Shown: positions 38,401 through 53,210, counted from the first letter of the stretch. The stretch: 64,000 nt of DNA from Vicugna vicugna (GCA_013265495.1 MU058844.1:7005260-7069259), one strand, 5' to 3'. A program made the numbers and translations. Notes: generated from the sequence alone by a model not told the origin.

Positions 38401-39193
38401 ATATCTTAATAAATGGAGCAATTGTCTGGCAAGCAGTCACTGAGTCAAGGAGTAAAGTAAGATTGAGATGGTAGTCAGGAAAGAAGAAATTTTTCCAAAC
38501 AAGTGAGATGCAAAATATAGGGAGTCAGCATGGGATCAAACAGGTTGACAAGTAACAAACTTTGAAAGATAGTTTACTTCAGCTATTATATAACTGTAGA
38601 TTACTGTGTTAATTTCAATATTTCTGAAGTATTCTGTACTATTAGGTACTTTGCCTGAAATATAGAGGATAATCATTAAATTACTTGCATGAATAAATAT
38701 ATGCATCAAGCACATAATCCAATATAATGAAGCCATGGACTTTGAGGTTCTTATTTCCAGTTCCAGGTAAGTCACTTGATAGCTGTGAAACTTGAGGAGG
38801 TGATTTAATTGCTGGAAATAGTGTGGTCAACTGATGAAACAATCTATAAAATGTAGCAGATTTAATTTTTCCAAGTCATAAACAAAATTTATTTTTAATC
38901 TTAGCTTTTCTCCCTTAACTCTAGACGTATTCCCCAAATGGCAATGGCTTAGGTTCCAAGTACCAATATTGGCAATGACTCTTCATGGCATCATTAGATG
39001 TGCTGTTCAAATAAAATAAACTTACTACTATGTAAAATATAATTTACAAAGTAACCAAAGTACTACCAAAAGATGTGGGCTCTTAAAGCAAATGTAAATG
39101 GTATTAATGGTATCTACACCATATATTGCCCCTTCCAAAAATGGAAACTTAAGAATGGATAAGACAGTAACTGGGAGAGATTCCTTTTCTGTT

Positions 39194-39211
39194 AAAACAA
39201 AACAAAACAAA

Positions 39212-39243
<32 letters not shown>

Positions 39244-39246
39244 ACA
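39194..39246. repeat. (AAAAC)n microsatellite
   Basis: Direct observation, one interruption. Confidence 0.9.
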
Positions 39247-39454
39247 GCAGTAATTATCACTATCTGTATAATCAGCCACTGCAGGGCTGAAAACAAGTGA
39301 TTATCTGGCAGTGTTTTGAACCTGGCACATTTCAAGTTGTGATTGGTATACTTGGTCATGTTAATAGACTCAACATGGTTATAAAAGAATTAGAAAATAG
39401 GAGCTTAAAAACATTAAGCCGTGGATATACTGTCATATAACCTGATAGTTTTTG

Positions 39455-40135
39455 TTATTCATTTATTCAACAAATTTTTATTGAGCAACTATCATGGTCT
39501 TGGCCATATTCTAGGTGTGAGTGAGAATGAGACAGATATAGCCCTTGAATTCTTCATTTCATTAAGTACAACAAGCAGGCAAACATTTAATGAACATATA
39601 CATAAATACCAACAAATACCAAATAATGATGAGTACAGTCATGAAAATTAGAATAAAGTGAGATAATGGAGAATAACTGCATGGTCCCTTTGGTTTCCCA
39701 GAGCAGATTTCTCTGGTTACTGTGTCAATAATTGTGACAGAGTAAGTGGCAAAATAATAGCAGTGATAGCTAGTAAATGGCTTTTGCAACATTCAGTTGC
39801 AGGAAACTGGTCGTATGAACTAGACTTAGGTTAGTGAAAATGAGAAAGATATTGGTGATATGTATTGAGAGGATTTGCTCATTGTTCAATGAGGGGACTA
39901 AGAAAAGAGGGAAACCAAGATATTTGGCTTAAACTTCTGAGTCTGTAGTTTTAATTACAAAGCTGGGAAAGACTGAAGGGGTAGAATCTGAAGGAGATAG
40001 ATAAGGGTTTTCTTGAGGAAGGTGCATTAAAGTTTAAGAATTGTCTTATATTTTCAATGGTGAGGTCAAGGGGACAGTTGGAGTTCAAAGGAAATTTAAG
40101 AACTGGAGATGTAGATTTTAGAGTAGCGCATGTAT
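39455..40135 (-). mobile_element. L2 fragments
   Basis: attcatttattcaacaaatttttattgagcaactat...ttctaggtg; ctggagatgtagattttagagt. Confidence 0.7.
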
Positions 40136-41484
40136 CTTCATAGCTCTGCTTTTATTGACCCCCAAGGCATTGTCCTACTTCTGTGACTCTCAGTTTTGTT
40201 TTTTACAACCTGAAACTTCCTTGATTTTATATTTTTTAAACTTTGAATTCCAAAGACTTTCCTACCACTTACATTGGCTCGGTATCATTAACCTCAGGAA
40301 ATTTACAGAACCTTTCCAATACTTAGACTATGGTATAAAAAATGGTTTCATGCATGAATTAAACAAAAGAACATTTGTGCCTGAATCATGGGGCTCTTTC
40401 CACTCTTTGGAAGTTTGGTTCTTTATCTGTAAAGAATAAAATTTGGTAGTGTTTTTAATTTAAAAAAAAATCTTTCAAACTCTGTTTGAAAAAAAAATCT
40501 CAAGTGGAACCTCAGGAAATAGAAATAAAACAGAGATGTTCTGTTTAAAGGAAACTAGAAAAGTTCAGCCTTTTAAGTCAACACTCTATGCTACTCGTTA
40601 GGTACTGAGAGCTGCCCACTTAGGGCTCTGCTTATGGCCATAGGATTAGATCGTATCTAAAGCCCCCTGTAGGACTAACTCATGATTTTTTTAAGTTATT
40701 GCCTCAGGATGGAAATATCTCCTGTGGATTCAGCTGGGTCTGAATTAGTTTTAGATAGTTGCCAATTCCAGGATCTGCAGGTGGTAACCTACACATGTGG
40801 GAGCACCTGGATAGGCAGAAGTTAGAGATGGAGACAGAATCTGACAGTCAGAAATGTTCTGTGTAGTGCAGAGCAGTTGCTCTGTGATTTGAAACACATG
40901 GTACAGAATCCACAGTCTGGAAAAACTACACACTGATATTTGAGATTTCGCAGTGTGACATTGTGCATCTCTTTTTTTAAATTTAGAATCACTGGCCATG
41001 GTGCTAATCTACACAGAATTTTCTATAACTGAGAAATTAACCATTTATATATTTTTTACCCTTCAAACTGTTTTCAGTTATACAAAATGAATAGTAATGG
41101 ATAGATGCATTATCTTCCCCAAACTTTTAAAGTGTACACATGGAATGTATTTTAGCAGCATTTCCTCTATGAATCTCAAGTCATCACTTGAACAATAATG
41201 TTTATGTTGTGCTGTAGATAGAGAAGAAACTCTGTATACATTAATGAGGCTTCAGAGGATCGACTAATTTAGCATATCATTGTTTTACCAACTGTATCAG
41301 TTTCTTCTCACAGGTTTGAATTGTTTATCTCCACTCTGGTTAACAGATGCTCTTAGGAGTTATTCATATGTATATACTGTTTTTCATTCCAGCCTTCAAT
41401 ACTTTCCTGAAGTAAAAGACTAGCCTTGCAAAGGCTATTGTAATCAAAGTGCTGATTATTCTCTTCTCCTGATTAACTATGTAA

Positions 41485-42015
41485 AATTTATTAAGCACCT
41501 ATCCTATGCCAAGAATTGTTCTAGGCACTTGGGACATCATCAGTGAACAAAATAAAGATCTTTGCCTTATATCCCAGCAGTGAAGAGAGACAAAAACAGG
41601 TAAAAAAATACCTAAAAATAGGTAAAATATTAAGGTTGTAAGAACTTGTGCTATGTAAAAAAAAAAGGAAAAGCAAGGAAGGATAATAGAGATTGGGAGT
41701 ATTGGATGTGAGGAATTTTGGAGCAAGAGTGAAGGTTGCAATACAAGATGGAACTTATTAACAAGGTGACTTGGAGCAAATATTTAAAGGAAGTGAGGGT
41801 ATTAGTCATGCAGACATCTGGGAGAAGAGCATTCCAGGCAGCAAGGAAATTAGCAGACGCCCTGTTTTGGGAGCATTCCTGGAGCAGCACAGAGGGAAGT
41901 GTGACTGGAATGAACAGTGTTAAGGGAATAACAGAAGGTGAGGTCAGAGAGAGGACAGAGGACAGATAATGTAAAACCTCATAAGCCATTGTAAGAACTT
42001 AGATTTTTACTTAAG
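41485..42015 (-). mobile_element. L2 3' region (left part, split by ERVL)
   Basis: tttattaagcacctatcctatgccaagaattgttctaggcacttggga; gaagagcattccaggcagcaaggaa; gccattgtaagaacttagatttttac. Confidence 0.85.
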
Positions 42016-44667
42016 CTGTGATTGATTTTCCTATTGGAGCTTGCCATAAATTCCAAACAGCACCTCTTTCCATCAGAAGTGCCATAATTCCTACCAAGTC
42101 ATATGACCCAAGTGACAGGATTTCTTATACCATGGCCTGGACCTGAAGCAGAATTCTTTCATGCTATGGAACTATTGACCTGAAACACATAGACTGCCAG
42201 GTATTTCTCCATCAAAGATGAGTTTATTTGGGATCAGCATCATTTGCAATCCAAGGTCTACAGTCACATGAGCCAGGTGCAAGCCCCTCCATACAAGGGA
42301 AGGAGAAAGCTTTTATAGAGAGGGAAAAAGAAGTTGGGAGGGCCACAATAAACGGAGTCCATTGCTTTTCATTGGCTGAGTCCTTGACAGGAAAGAAGAG
42401 AAATCTTTCTTCTGTTGGGCTGTATTCTCACAAGATGTGAGATTAATCCCTTTTGGTCTCCTCACTCTATTTAATTGAGGTTTTTGTTTATTAATTTTTA
42501 CAGAAGAGCTTTTCTTGTCATTCAGTATATGGTTGGAGGACTATCATCAAGCATGAATAGGCTGCTTTCAGAACCCAAAGAAGCCTGTTGGGCTTGTGCC
42601 TCCTCCTTAAGGACTAGCATTTGTGAGATGCAATGATAGACCCTTGAAGTTGGAGATGATGTCCCAGCATCCAGAGGATCACAGAATTGCCTAGTACCCC
42701 ATGGGTACAGCAGGTCCTTGAAATGTAATAGTGTTTTGTCTCCCTTCCACTGGAGTACATGTGTTTTACTCAAGCTTCCAATTGTTTGCCGTTTCCTTCT
42801 TCATTAGATCCAGTCAACATTGTGTCAGTGATAAAATGGATATTGGACCAGTGTAATATCCTATGGAATGTCCAGGTGGTTGAGGTCTCTTTGAACTATA
42901 TTATGGCAGATGGCAGAAGGGTTAACTTAGCCTGGAGAAAGATTGTATATGTATACTGTATTTTTCATCCCATGTGATCATGAACTGCTTCTGATTCTCT
43001 TTCTTGAGGGGTGAAAAAGAAAGTACTTGCCAAATTATTGACCCCACACTATGTATCTGAATCCTTGTTCATTTTTTTTTCTAGCAGATTTCACTTGGGT
43101 TACTAAATGGTAAAGCTTGCAGTAGTCCATTGGTGTCTGCCAATATTCATCTCCTTTTTATAGTAGGAGGACTGGTGAATTAAAGGGACTTTGATAGTTC
43201 CACTGACTTTTCATTGGGTCAGCTTCCTTTAAAATCCTAATTATTCATCTCTGATTTCTTTCTGTTATATTGCTGTAGTGGTACATTGTTGGCTACCCAT
43301 CTATCTTGACCTACACTCTGTCTCCATAGTTAGGAAGTTAGGCCTGCCTGCTGCCTTCAAACTTTTCCACTCTTTATCATCATTGTGCCTGTCTTTCGTT
43401 GAAGGCTAAGTGTTACCACTTGGCATAACAGTTCAAGATTCTGTTACACCACTGCTATCAGTGAGCCCAGTTCACTAACAGCATCTCCTTCAGAGATGCC
43501 GCTGTCTACAGGGGAGAGCCTTATTGCTTTGGAAAATAGTACATTCTAGGGCGTCTCATAGAAGATAATTGGCTGAAATTGGCTTGTGTTACATAATGTA
43601 ACACTCAAGCATGCACACTTCTCTGTGGCTTTGGATCCTTGTCTCTACCATCTGCCACAGCTATTCTGGCATTTCTACCTCATTTGAAGTGGAACATCCT
43701 TTTCAGCAAGCTTCCAGCTTTCAAGCCTCAACTTCGCAGCAGCAATATTAACTTTATTTTTCTGAGTTCTTCACCTCAGAGTTAAACACTGCATCATGAA
43801 AGAGTGCTCTTATATTGATAAACTCTCCTCGTTAACTTCCTGTCCCTTTCCCCTAGATCTGATCCGTCATTTTCACAGTTCGTTTCTTTAAATACGTGGA
43901 AAGCTGCTGTTATCTGAGCATGTTGTCTGGGTCCTTCACTCCTGTTCTTCTGGGTATAACCCTTTCAGCATGGGAATAACTCTTTCAGTATGGGAATCTC
44001 AGCACTCTCTGGGAATGTAGTGACTTAACTGTAGTTACTGGTCTAGTGACCAAGAAGGAAGGAAGGGGTATATCCTCAGGAGTGTGGTGTATTGTCTTGC
44101 AAGGAAGAGACCTCTGGATTATTGTTAAACAAGAGTTGGAAATTGGGTCACATTTGTAAGATTTTCAGGTGCCTTAAGCCATATGTATACATTTTAAGTC
44201 TTAGATTCCCTTCCTTCCCAATTAGGGCTTGAATGGAGAATTAACCCTTCCCTGAAACTGTGCTACCTTTATAATGATATTTTGTGCCTTGGCCTCAACT
44301 CCATCTGTTCTTTAACTCCAGAAGAGGATCTCTTTATATACTGATAAGAACGTCCTCTAGTTTTTACAGTTCACCTTAAATTACTGGTTGATAAGCCCTT
44401 CATTGTTTTCCTTCAGTGCATTCATTGTACTGTGTAATTGGTATTTTCTCTAAGCTCTCAGATTCCTGATGTATTGTATACAAGACTGCATTCTCTTTTA
44501 CTAAGACTATTCTACATCTGTGAGGTGTATAACAATGGCACCACTGGGGTTTGCCAGGATCTGCCAGTATTCCATCTACCACCAGCGATAATGTTTTTAT
44601 GCCAGTCAGTTGGTGATTCAGCTCCAAAGTCCCATTTTAGAGTCTGCTTCCTAAGACCACACTTAGT
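42016..44667 (-). mobile_element. ERVL internal region remnant (ERV3-16A3-int-like)
   Basis: Directly follows an LTR16-type LTR on the minus strand (gaccactaagtgtggtcttaggaagcagactctaaaatgg); decayed gag/pol-like sequence with higher GC. Confidence 0.65.
42173..42502 (-). mobile_element. ERV1-class solo LTR nested in the ERVL internal region
   Basis: Minus strand begins tgtaaaaattaataaac and contains CCAAT, tataaaa and aataaa in the correct order; imperfect 4-bp TSD gaac/gaag. Confidence 0.75.
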
Positions 44668-45108
44668 GGTCTTGAGTCAAAATCTCTAGTAAGCAGAATC
44701 GGAAATGGAGATCTCACCCAGGTGGCTTATTGCAGGAGATGAACTACTGTAAGAAATAAGGGAAGCAAAAAAAAGCAGAGAGAGACATTGAAATATGATT
44801 CACGTACAACAGAGGCCTTAGCTGGTGCTACTAGTAACTCTAAAGATAAGATGGACCCTCTAAGTTGTTCAAAGTTCAGGAAAGAGTGTTGGGCCTTTGT
44901 ATCCCTGCATTGAGTATTCATTGGATGTAAACTACCACTGGAAATGGGGCATGATCTTGCCACATGAACCCCCCATCTATCTGCATCAGGAAATTCTGGG
45001 AGAAGAACTCAGCTGTGACCTCTAAGCAGCCAATGCTCCTGGCACCTGGGAGACTGAGTGCATCAGTGCTGATGAGGGATCTTGGCAGCAAGCACAGCAT
45101 CCAGTACA
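44668..45108 (-). mobile_element. LTR16C-like ERVL LTR (5' LTR of the adjacent remnant)
   Basis: Minus strand tgtactggatgctgtg...gtcacagctgagt...catccaatga...gggatacaaaggccc...gctaaggcctctgttg follows the recalled LTR16 consensus. Confidence 0.8.
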
Positions 45109-45109
45109 T

Positions 45110-45265
45110 CAGCAGAGATAAAAGAGAGGTGGGCAAGGCAGATTAGGGGAGAATACAGAATTTAGTTTTAGACGTACCCAGTAAGAAAAGCCTTTCTGAT
45201 ATTTAAAGGGAGATTGGATTAGGCAGCTTGATATGAATCTAGATTTGGTAGAGAAGTCAGACTTT
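45110..45265 (-). mobile_element. L2 continuation
   Basis: gaatttagttttagac...gatatttaaagggagat...aggcagcttgatatg. Confidence 0.6.
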
Positions 45266-46854
45266 AAAAACAATGATATTTTTATCCATGTGCTTCTAAG
45301 AGTTGCAAGGCTAATATTAATGGCTATTTAAACTCTCAAGCTGTACACTATTGTGCACCTGATACTTGTTTAATGTCAGTCTCTCACATTAGAATATAAA
45401 CAACACAGGTTGTTAGTTCACTATCCCATTCCTAGTACCTGGCACATAGTAGAAGCTCAATATAATTTTGCTGAATCCCTGCCTGGTTAGAGCATACCTT
45501 TACTTGTATGCTAAAACTTAATTAATTAAAAGAATTAAGACTATAGTCATTTGATTGCTTTTTAAATGTTTTCATTGAATATGGAAGGGCTACTTTTAAA
45601 AATTACTTTAGAATTCCAAGCTCTTAGAGAAACATGGAGGTTTTAGCTTAGAGTTAACCAGGAATTTGATACAGCTCAATATGTTTATTAAATCATTATT
45701 GATACGATTCAGTATTTTCTACACTATAATCTTTTAAAATTATAGTACATGCATTTATGCACAGTAAACATGTTGAAAGAAGTTGCAATAATCCTTACTA
45801 GAAAAGACTACTGATGTGCTTTAATGGTTCTGGAAAAAATACTAAAACATTCAGTATTTGTAGCAATCATTTATTAGCAAATGTAAGCAGTCTTTTTTCA
45901 TCTATAGTTCACTTGTTTCCAGTTAAGAGTTTCTACCAAACTCCATGACTTGACACATTTAAGTCTATTGGAAACAAAGTTAGAATATTTTATTGTTCTT
46001 CCTAAAAATTAAATGCCTTGATTTTGATTAAGTTACCCATAAAGAAACTGCTTTATTCTCCCAAGATATGTAAAAGAAAGCAGGCATGCTTTTCATTGGT
46101 CTCTTCAAAGTTATTAATTTTCCATTTGTGAAGAGCCCTACTGAATTGCAACTCAAGTAATAAACATACCATCCTCTGAGATCAATGAGTTGACAAGAGA
46201 AGAAACTAAAAAAATAAAATCTATGTGTATTTTTAAAGTGCGAATTATTATTGTAAAAACTTGAAGAGTTAGAAAATTCGTGGAGCATGACTGTTTACTA
46301 GGTTGAATGATATTGCAGATTTGATGATAGTTAAGACCAAAAACTCTATTGAAGCACTGAAAATGTTATTCCAACATGAGAAATACACATATAATGTTTA
46401 AAAAATACAGAGCAAAGTTATGCATCATATAAAATAAACTAGCTCAAAATACATGAAAGGTGAAGGGTTCCTGTTTGAAGATCATCCTGACAGTTGAATC
46501 TGGTAAGAATTATATGAATAATTTCAAAAAAATATTATTCACTTAAGGTTGTGAGAACTTTGTTTTAGTTTCTGTGGACTGCAATTTGAAGGAACATAGG
46601 TGAATGTGTGTCTTTAATGAATTAGAGGTGGCCACGTTTCTTATGTAGATTTACATTAGCCTTATCCAGAAGCATTGCCTTATGATCAGATATATAAGGA
46701 ATATTACTAGGACAGTGATGCAGTAATCTCTGTTCTTAAAATTGTGTTTAGAAAGGGTTATGCTGAATAACGTACAGATAAATGAAAAAGACAAAAACTT
46801 TTTATCATAAGGTAGAATCACTCTCTAAATAACTACTTATTAGATAAAAAGTGC

Positions 46855-47200
46855 ACTTTATTTCAACAAGTTTCTTCTGAGTGTCTGCATTTGACATTTT
46901 AATGGTTTCTGGATTAATGGAACCTAATGTGATTTCAGAAGGCACACAGATGAGAGAGGAGACAGATTCTAAATAAGGAACCATTGAGCCATAAGTACAA
47001 GTAGATTGTGAAACACTCTATAATACAAGTACAAAGTGTTAAGTGAATTTATAAAGATCTGTTCTATTTGTGGACATCATTAATGGCTTATTAGAGGAGG
47101 ATAGTGATTGATCTAGTTTCAAAAGACAGGAAAAATATTAACTAGAGAAGAAGGATATTCTAGGTAGAAGGACTTTCATAAAGGTGAAAATTGTGAAACA
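46855..47200 (-). mobile_element. L2 fragment
   Basis: tttatttcaacaagtttcttctgagtgtctgc; ggatattctaggtagaaggact. Confidence 0.5.
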
Positions 47201-48603
47201 ATTAGCATAATTATAAATTATAGCCTGCTGCTTGAACTATTAGAAAAATGCTCTGGTGGCACCAGGTCCACCTTGTCCTCCCTCTAAATGCAAATATTTT
47301 AAAACTCTTCTGTGATTTCCAAGTTTCCATTGAACCTGCTTGTCACATATTTCTAGATCATTGCTTACTAAAGAGAGCAAAGAGATGGGCTATAGTCTTC
47401 CTGTAACTAAATCATTCCTAGGAAAATCCAAGTTTTCTTCTTTACATCAGAATAATTTAACAAATATCATCTATTCCCCTAAGGGTCTCTGGCTTGATAA
47501 GCCAAGATCTAAAACCCTGGTCCACCATGTAACAAGGATACTTTTGGAGATGGACCTTGAAGATAGCCCCACTCTTTGTGACTTGGTCTACCCAAGAGTT
47601 TGTTAGCTTGTGAACTGGTTCATCCAAATGTGTGTAATTCTTTCTGAAGGTTAAGGCAGATTATCTGCCAACCCACCAGATGGGAGGGAGACATCATATC
47701 TGTTTCATTCATACAGAAGGTCTAAAGATCTTTGTAAAGAAGAGTTTCAGTGTTCAGCCAGCTATATTTTGGCTTCAGTGAAATCAAAGTCAAAGATCGT
47801 TACTTTTGCTTGATTAGCAGCCCAATTTATTCAGTGTTTGCTACCCAGGAAGGGTAAGTTTGCAGAAGAAGACAATGGATTTAGTTTTGAGTCTGGAATT
47901 CAGATACTGATCATTGTGAATACTACTATTGCTAGCTATCATGAATCAAATGCTAGTTTTCTACAAGAGTCATAACTATATTCTTTACATGAATTGATTT
48001 ATTATTTGTGAAATGAGAGTGTTATATAGATAGAGGAGGACACTGAAGCTTAGAGAAAGAATCCAAAGAAAGTTAAACATGTCCCATACACTTGAAAGTT
48101 ATTGTTATGCAAAGAAATGATAGTTATATTTGTATAAGTGAATATAATCCCAAAGGGAGAGTATATATGGTGAGAAAAGAGGACTGATTATTAAGCCTAA
48201 CTAAACCCTTTTATTTGTGTAGAGATGAGAGGGCAAAAACTAGAACTATCAGTGGAATTCCAAGCAACTGGGCAAGGGAGAAATTGTCTTTTCTTAAACA
48301 CAGAAATGTTTATATGTGGTCAAAAGCAAAAACATTATACAAAGGTGTGATTCCGAAATGTTAGAGACAGGTGAGTATAAGAACAGTGAAATGAATGTAA
48401 ATGGAGATCAAGATGGGAACAGAGGGCATTTTCTACCATTGGCGCAGTTCTACTGCTTACGTCAAGGTGCTAAGGTGATTAGGAGCCATTTAATGATCCA
48501 GGGATATGATAAAGAGAAGTGCGAATTTCCTTATCATTCAGAGTTAGACACAGAAATGAAAACAACCCAAAAGCACTACTGAAAATTAAAATTCTTGGAT
48601 ATT

Positions 48604-49040
48604 TCTGTTAGTGCCCTGAGAGGAAACAGATGGCATACTTCAACTGGGTAATTTGAGAAGAGTTTAATAAAGTGTTTATGAAAACTGGAAGAGATGCTAA
48701 CTCCAGGAATAGTAATAGCTGGAATCTACTCATGCCCCTAGCTCTAAAGAAGAGGAAATTGCTCCTGGTATTCAGAGTAAAACAACTGGGTACAAAAGCA
48801 CCAGCAGATAAAAATTATGACATTCAGGCTAGGGATGCTGCTAACCTTGGCAGTTCCCTCTGGAGGAAAGACGGTAGAGAACATAATTGAACTTTACCTT
48901 CCTCCATTCCTTGACATTCTGTTGGTGATCCTCACTGACCAAACCTAACCATAAACTGTAGGATAAAAGAGTTCATTAATATAGATCAAATAGTTCAGCC
49001 TCCTGATTGGTACAGAGTAGTGGGAAGGGTTTATAAGGAT
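48604..49040 (-). mobile_element. Old ERVL-class LTR
   Basis: ggaaacagatggcatacttcaactgggtaatttgagaagagtttaataaag resembles an old eutherian LTR end; family not resolved. Confidence 0.55.
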
Positions 49041-49784
49041 GCACACAGAAATTTGGTGTTTAGCAGCAACCTGTCTTAAGATTCTTCCCAAGGTTAACAC
49101 ATAAAAGATACACATTCAGAGGATAAAAGGAATAAAATAAATAAGAGTTCTGAGGATAAGTTCATAAGAACACCAAACTTTGAGACAAGCGGAAGACTTT
49201 CTTTTTCTTTTTATTTGTCTCATAGGTGCCAGATAGTTATCCCTCTGTTCCTTCTCTCCCTGTCCTTTTTGTAGCCCTTGGGGATGCATTATGGACATAT
49301 AAAAGATAAATCATGCTGTCAGTTCTGTCATATAATTCAATGTAGTTATGCACAGTAAAAGCCAAAGTGAGGACATTTTATTTGTGAATACTTGATCATT
49401 AGTGATATGAAAGATAATTTAAATAGAGAAGTTGGGTAGAAGCAATATTTCAGAAGGATTGAGGCATGAATGCTCCCAGAAGAATTAGAAGACATGAATC
49501 TAGGTTATTCTTTTAAGAAATGGGACAGTAAATAGATAATATCTTCAGGGAAAAAGATCGGACAAAAGAGGATTCTCACTTCAGGTGCAAAATAATATGA
49601 TAACATTCATAAACTGAAGTAAAGCAATAATGAAATTAGACATTCACCAAGTAAGGAGGTGACTGGGGAAGGGTGATGTACAGAGTTTCTAGAGAAGATG
49701 CATTGTTGCACCAGAGTTTAATTCTTCACTATTTTACAAACATAAAGGAATAAACGGCCAGTACATGTTACAACTTCTTGTGTT

Positions 49785-50065
49785 TGAAAACATTTTTATT
49801 GAGTGAGAATAAGCAGAAAGAAAAGAGCAGCTACTATATGATTTCATTTATATGAAGTCCAAAAACTGACAGAATTAATCTATGGTGATAGAACTCAGAA
49901 GAGTATTAATTGTTGGGCTTGAGTTTGACTGAAAGGCATAAGAACATTTTCAGGGTGATGCAAATCATCTACGTCTTGTTAGGGAGGGTTTTTACACAGC
50001 TATATTGTACATACATATTTATCAAAACTTGATTTGCACACTCATGTTCTGTATGAAAAATTTTC
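49785..50065 (+). mobile_element. L1ME/MD 3' UTR fragment
   Basis: tactatatgatttcatttatatgaagtccaaaaactgacagaattaatctatggtgatagaactcagaa. Confidence 0.75.
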
Positions 50066-51984
50066 CACCACTAAAAATTAGCTGGAAATACAAGATTATG
50101 GCTAAGTATATATAGTGACTAGATTGAATATAGAAGAACATATTTAAGTGGTCTGATACACTAGAAACAATCTTAAGGAAATTTGTAAAACTGATCTGAT
50201 GCTTCGGGTTGTATTAAGATGTACAGTCATGAAAAATAGCCAAAGGCTTGATCTGCTTCATTTCAACCCGTTTAATACAGACATGGTCTCTTTTCCTAGA
50301 ATTTTAGTGAGGCAAAAGTAATAGTCTCATTTTTCAAACATTCCACTCCAAAGCATTACTAAATTATTTTATTAACATGACATATGCATATTGACTTCAA
50401 AAATTTACTACCAGGGAAAATTATTTCTTGTGCAACAAAATTCTAACTCTTTTATTAATGTAAGTTTTAAGATAATTTTGAGATTGTGATAATTATAAAT
50501 AAGAATACCAAAGGTAATATTATTTTCAAAATAGCTTTGAAATTTGGGGAATTTCAACATTTTTTTGTATCATTTGCATAAATTTCCTTTGAGTCAGTAG
50601 GAATGAATTGAGAAATCCCATAATACTCAAAATATAATAATTATAACAGTGTATTTCAATGCTTTTCACAAAAGTGATCATGTTATCCATTACCTGGCAT
50701 GTATATATTTATAAAAAATTATAAAGACAATTTCTGAGTGATTTTATTTCAATGTTAAATACATATTTGTTTTGATAAATAGCAGAAAACTTGATTTTGA
50801 TAAGTTCATAATAAACATTGTAAATCAGAAGTTTAGTTGAAACTAGGAAATTGGCAGACATCACATAAAGAAGTGAGAGTGATAAATAAGAACTTGAAAG
50901 TATTGCTAAGTATTGACAGGGTGTATAAAATATTTTCCTATTTATAATAACCTCCAAGCCAAAAGACTAACATAGCAGAGTACCCAACAAAAGAAATAAC
51001 ATCTAATATATGAAATTATTTTACATTAATACTAGATAAAGCATAAAAAAATAACAAAATAAAAGTGGCTATTTAAAATAAACACTGTGATCATGCATGA
51101 GCCCTGAGAAAAGTTCCTACCTCAATTTTACAATAATCAGGTTGAACTTTTCTATGAGCTTTTATTTTCATACTTCAAATATATCTCAGCTATGGGTATC
51201 TGCCAGCTTATGAATATTTATAGAACATTTCCTAGTTTCTCATGCAAGATAAATTCTAAAGAATTTCACAGACAGAGAGTTTGATTTTGCATGAGTCCCA
51301 GTTGCATATTTCCTAAAAGTGAAGAGATGTTAAATTGAAATCACAACAATACTGCTTGGGTCTAAAAGTGAATCTTGATTATATGCCATCCAAAAGAGGT
51401 TTGATTGAGGTATGGAAGTGTGCTTTTTTATTATTAAATTTCTATGAAATACTTAAAATTTTTTCTCTGTGAAACTTAAAAAATGTATTTCCCATCTGAT
51501 GACATTTTTATTAGTGAAAATATGGAGGAATGAAGGGGAGGCTTATAATCCTAAACCAGTGAAGAGTGGTTGGAGTACAGATTTTTTTTCTCTCTCCCTG
51601 AGATATGACTAGAAATAGCCTGGGGTTCCAAGTCTGGGTTCCATGCAGGCAGACAGACATGGTTAGAGCTATTTTATTATTTTTTCCTAAGATAGTTTCA
51701 GAAACTGGGGTTCTGTCTTTGCATTAAGTCCTACTTCTGTTTTCAGAATATTAAATTTTATTGTTTGTTTTCCTTAATTCAAAATTAAAGTGAGTTTTTA
51801 AAGCTACTATTCTAACTTACTTGCAAGTGGTAAAAGGACACAACATAAATATCAGTTTCTTTTGATATCTGATATCTTAGCTAATAATTTAAAATAGAAT
51901 AGCTAAATTTACTTAGGTTGATGATATAACAAAAACATAAGGTAACCCCTCTGTTTTGTAGTTGCAAAATTGTGTAGTAAACAC

Positions 51985-52510
51985 ATAGAAAGACTGACAA
52001 TAGATAGGGGCACTGGCAGTCACCACAGAAAGGCACAGTGTGTGGGGCAGATGTGAGAGCGGGAGTGTGCTGAAGTCTGACTTTGCTTCTTCTTTCTCAG
52101 TAAAGTGGGAGACAGGTCATAAACTGAGCATTTATGTTGAGAAGGAGTGCTTGGAGATTTCAGGGGAGAAGAGGAGAGATTAAATGGTTACATCTGATAT
52201 GGGGGAGTGAAAAAATATGATTGCCGGGCACTATTAAGGATACACTTGAGCTACATTGGTTGCCATGACTTTAAAGGGAGACTAGTCAAGGTTAGAGCAG
52301 TCAAAGCCATTGTGTTTTGTTTCCAGCCAGTGCAGATATACAAGAAGTAGATATAACCAGAGTGTAATATCAACAGAATAAGTGGGAAGAGAGAAACACA
52401 AGGGGAAAAAGGAACATGCAAAAACTGATATTAAAAGTTGACTATGGAATGTAAATTAGGTAGGAAGAGGAGAAAGAAAAGAGAGAGTGATGACAGAAAG
52501 TAAGGATATT
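51985..52510 (-). mobile_element. L2 internal fragment
   Basis: ttgcttcttctttctcagtaaagtgggagacaggtcat; gattgccgggcactattaagg; tttaaagggagactagtca. Confidence 0.55.
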
Positions 52511-53210
52511 CAGATCATCCATGTGCATGCTATGTGTAAGAAATATGTCTGTTTTCTTACTAGGCAACTAACTGGGGGTCCTCACATACAGATTAGTAGG
52601 GAAGTGCTAAATAATAATTTTTACAGTATAGATTCACTGAATAACTTTGTTCAATAGAATGAGTCATTGAATAAATCTACCTACAGATAATCTTTTAGAT
52701 GAGCTTTTTTACTCTTTAATGTAAATTTCTTCAAGCCTCACACTAAATATTTTGTTAGCTGCATATAGGACTTTATGTATTGCTTTGTCCCACAAGCTAA
52801 TGCTTCCTGGTTCATTCTAATGAAAAGAAAAACTAAATGTGATTGAAGAGAGATTTGGGAATCAGTCTCACTTGTTTTTCAGCATGAAAATATAACAACA
52901 AACAATTGGAGCACCATTTTCCAACAATCTGGTTTGTAGTTTTGTTTGTTTATGTGTTTCTTTTCTATTAAGTGTCTATTAGGTTCAAGATTCTTGGCTA
53001 GGGCCAGTTATCCCTTAGGTTCCATGCTCAAAAGTAAGGTCCCCTGTGCCTTACATAAGGTTATTAAAAACTTTGAGGTTCTGTTGGTAATATAGGTAGC
53101 TGCCTCCAATTGAGTTCAAATTTAGTAATTAACTACTTGTCTTGCTGTAAAATAGATTTTAAGTTATATATTATATTTTTGTCAAAGGCATCAGAGAGAT
53201 CTGTTTTCCC

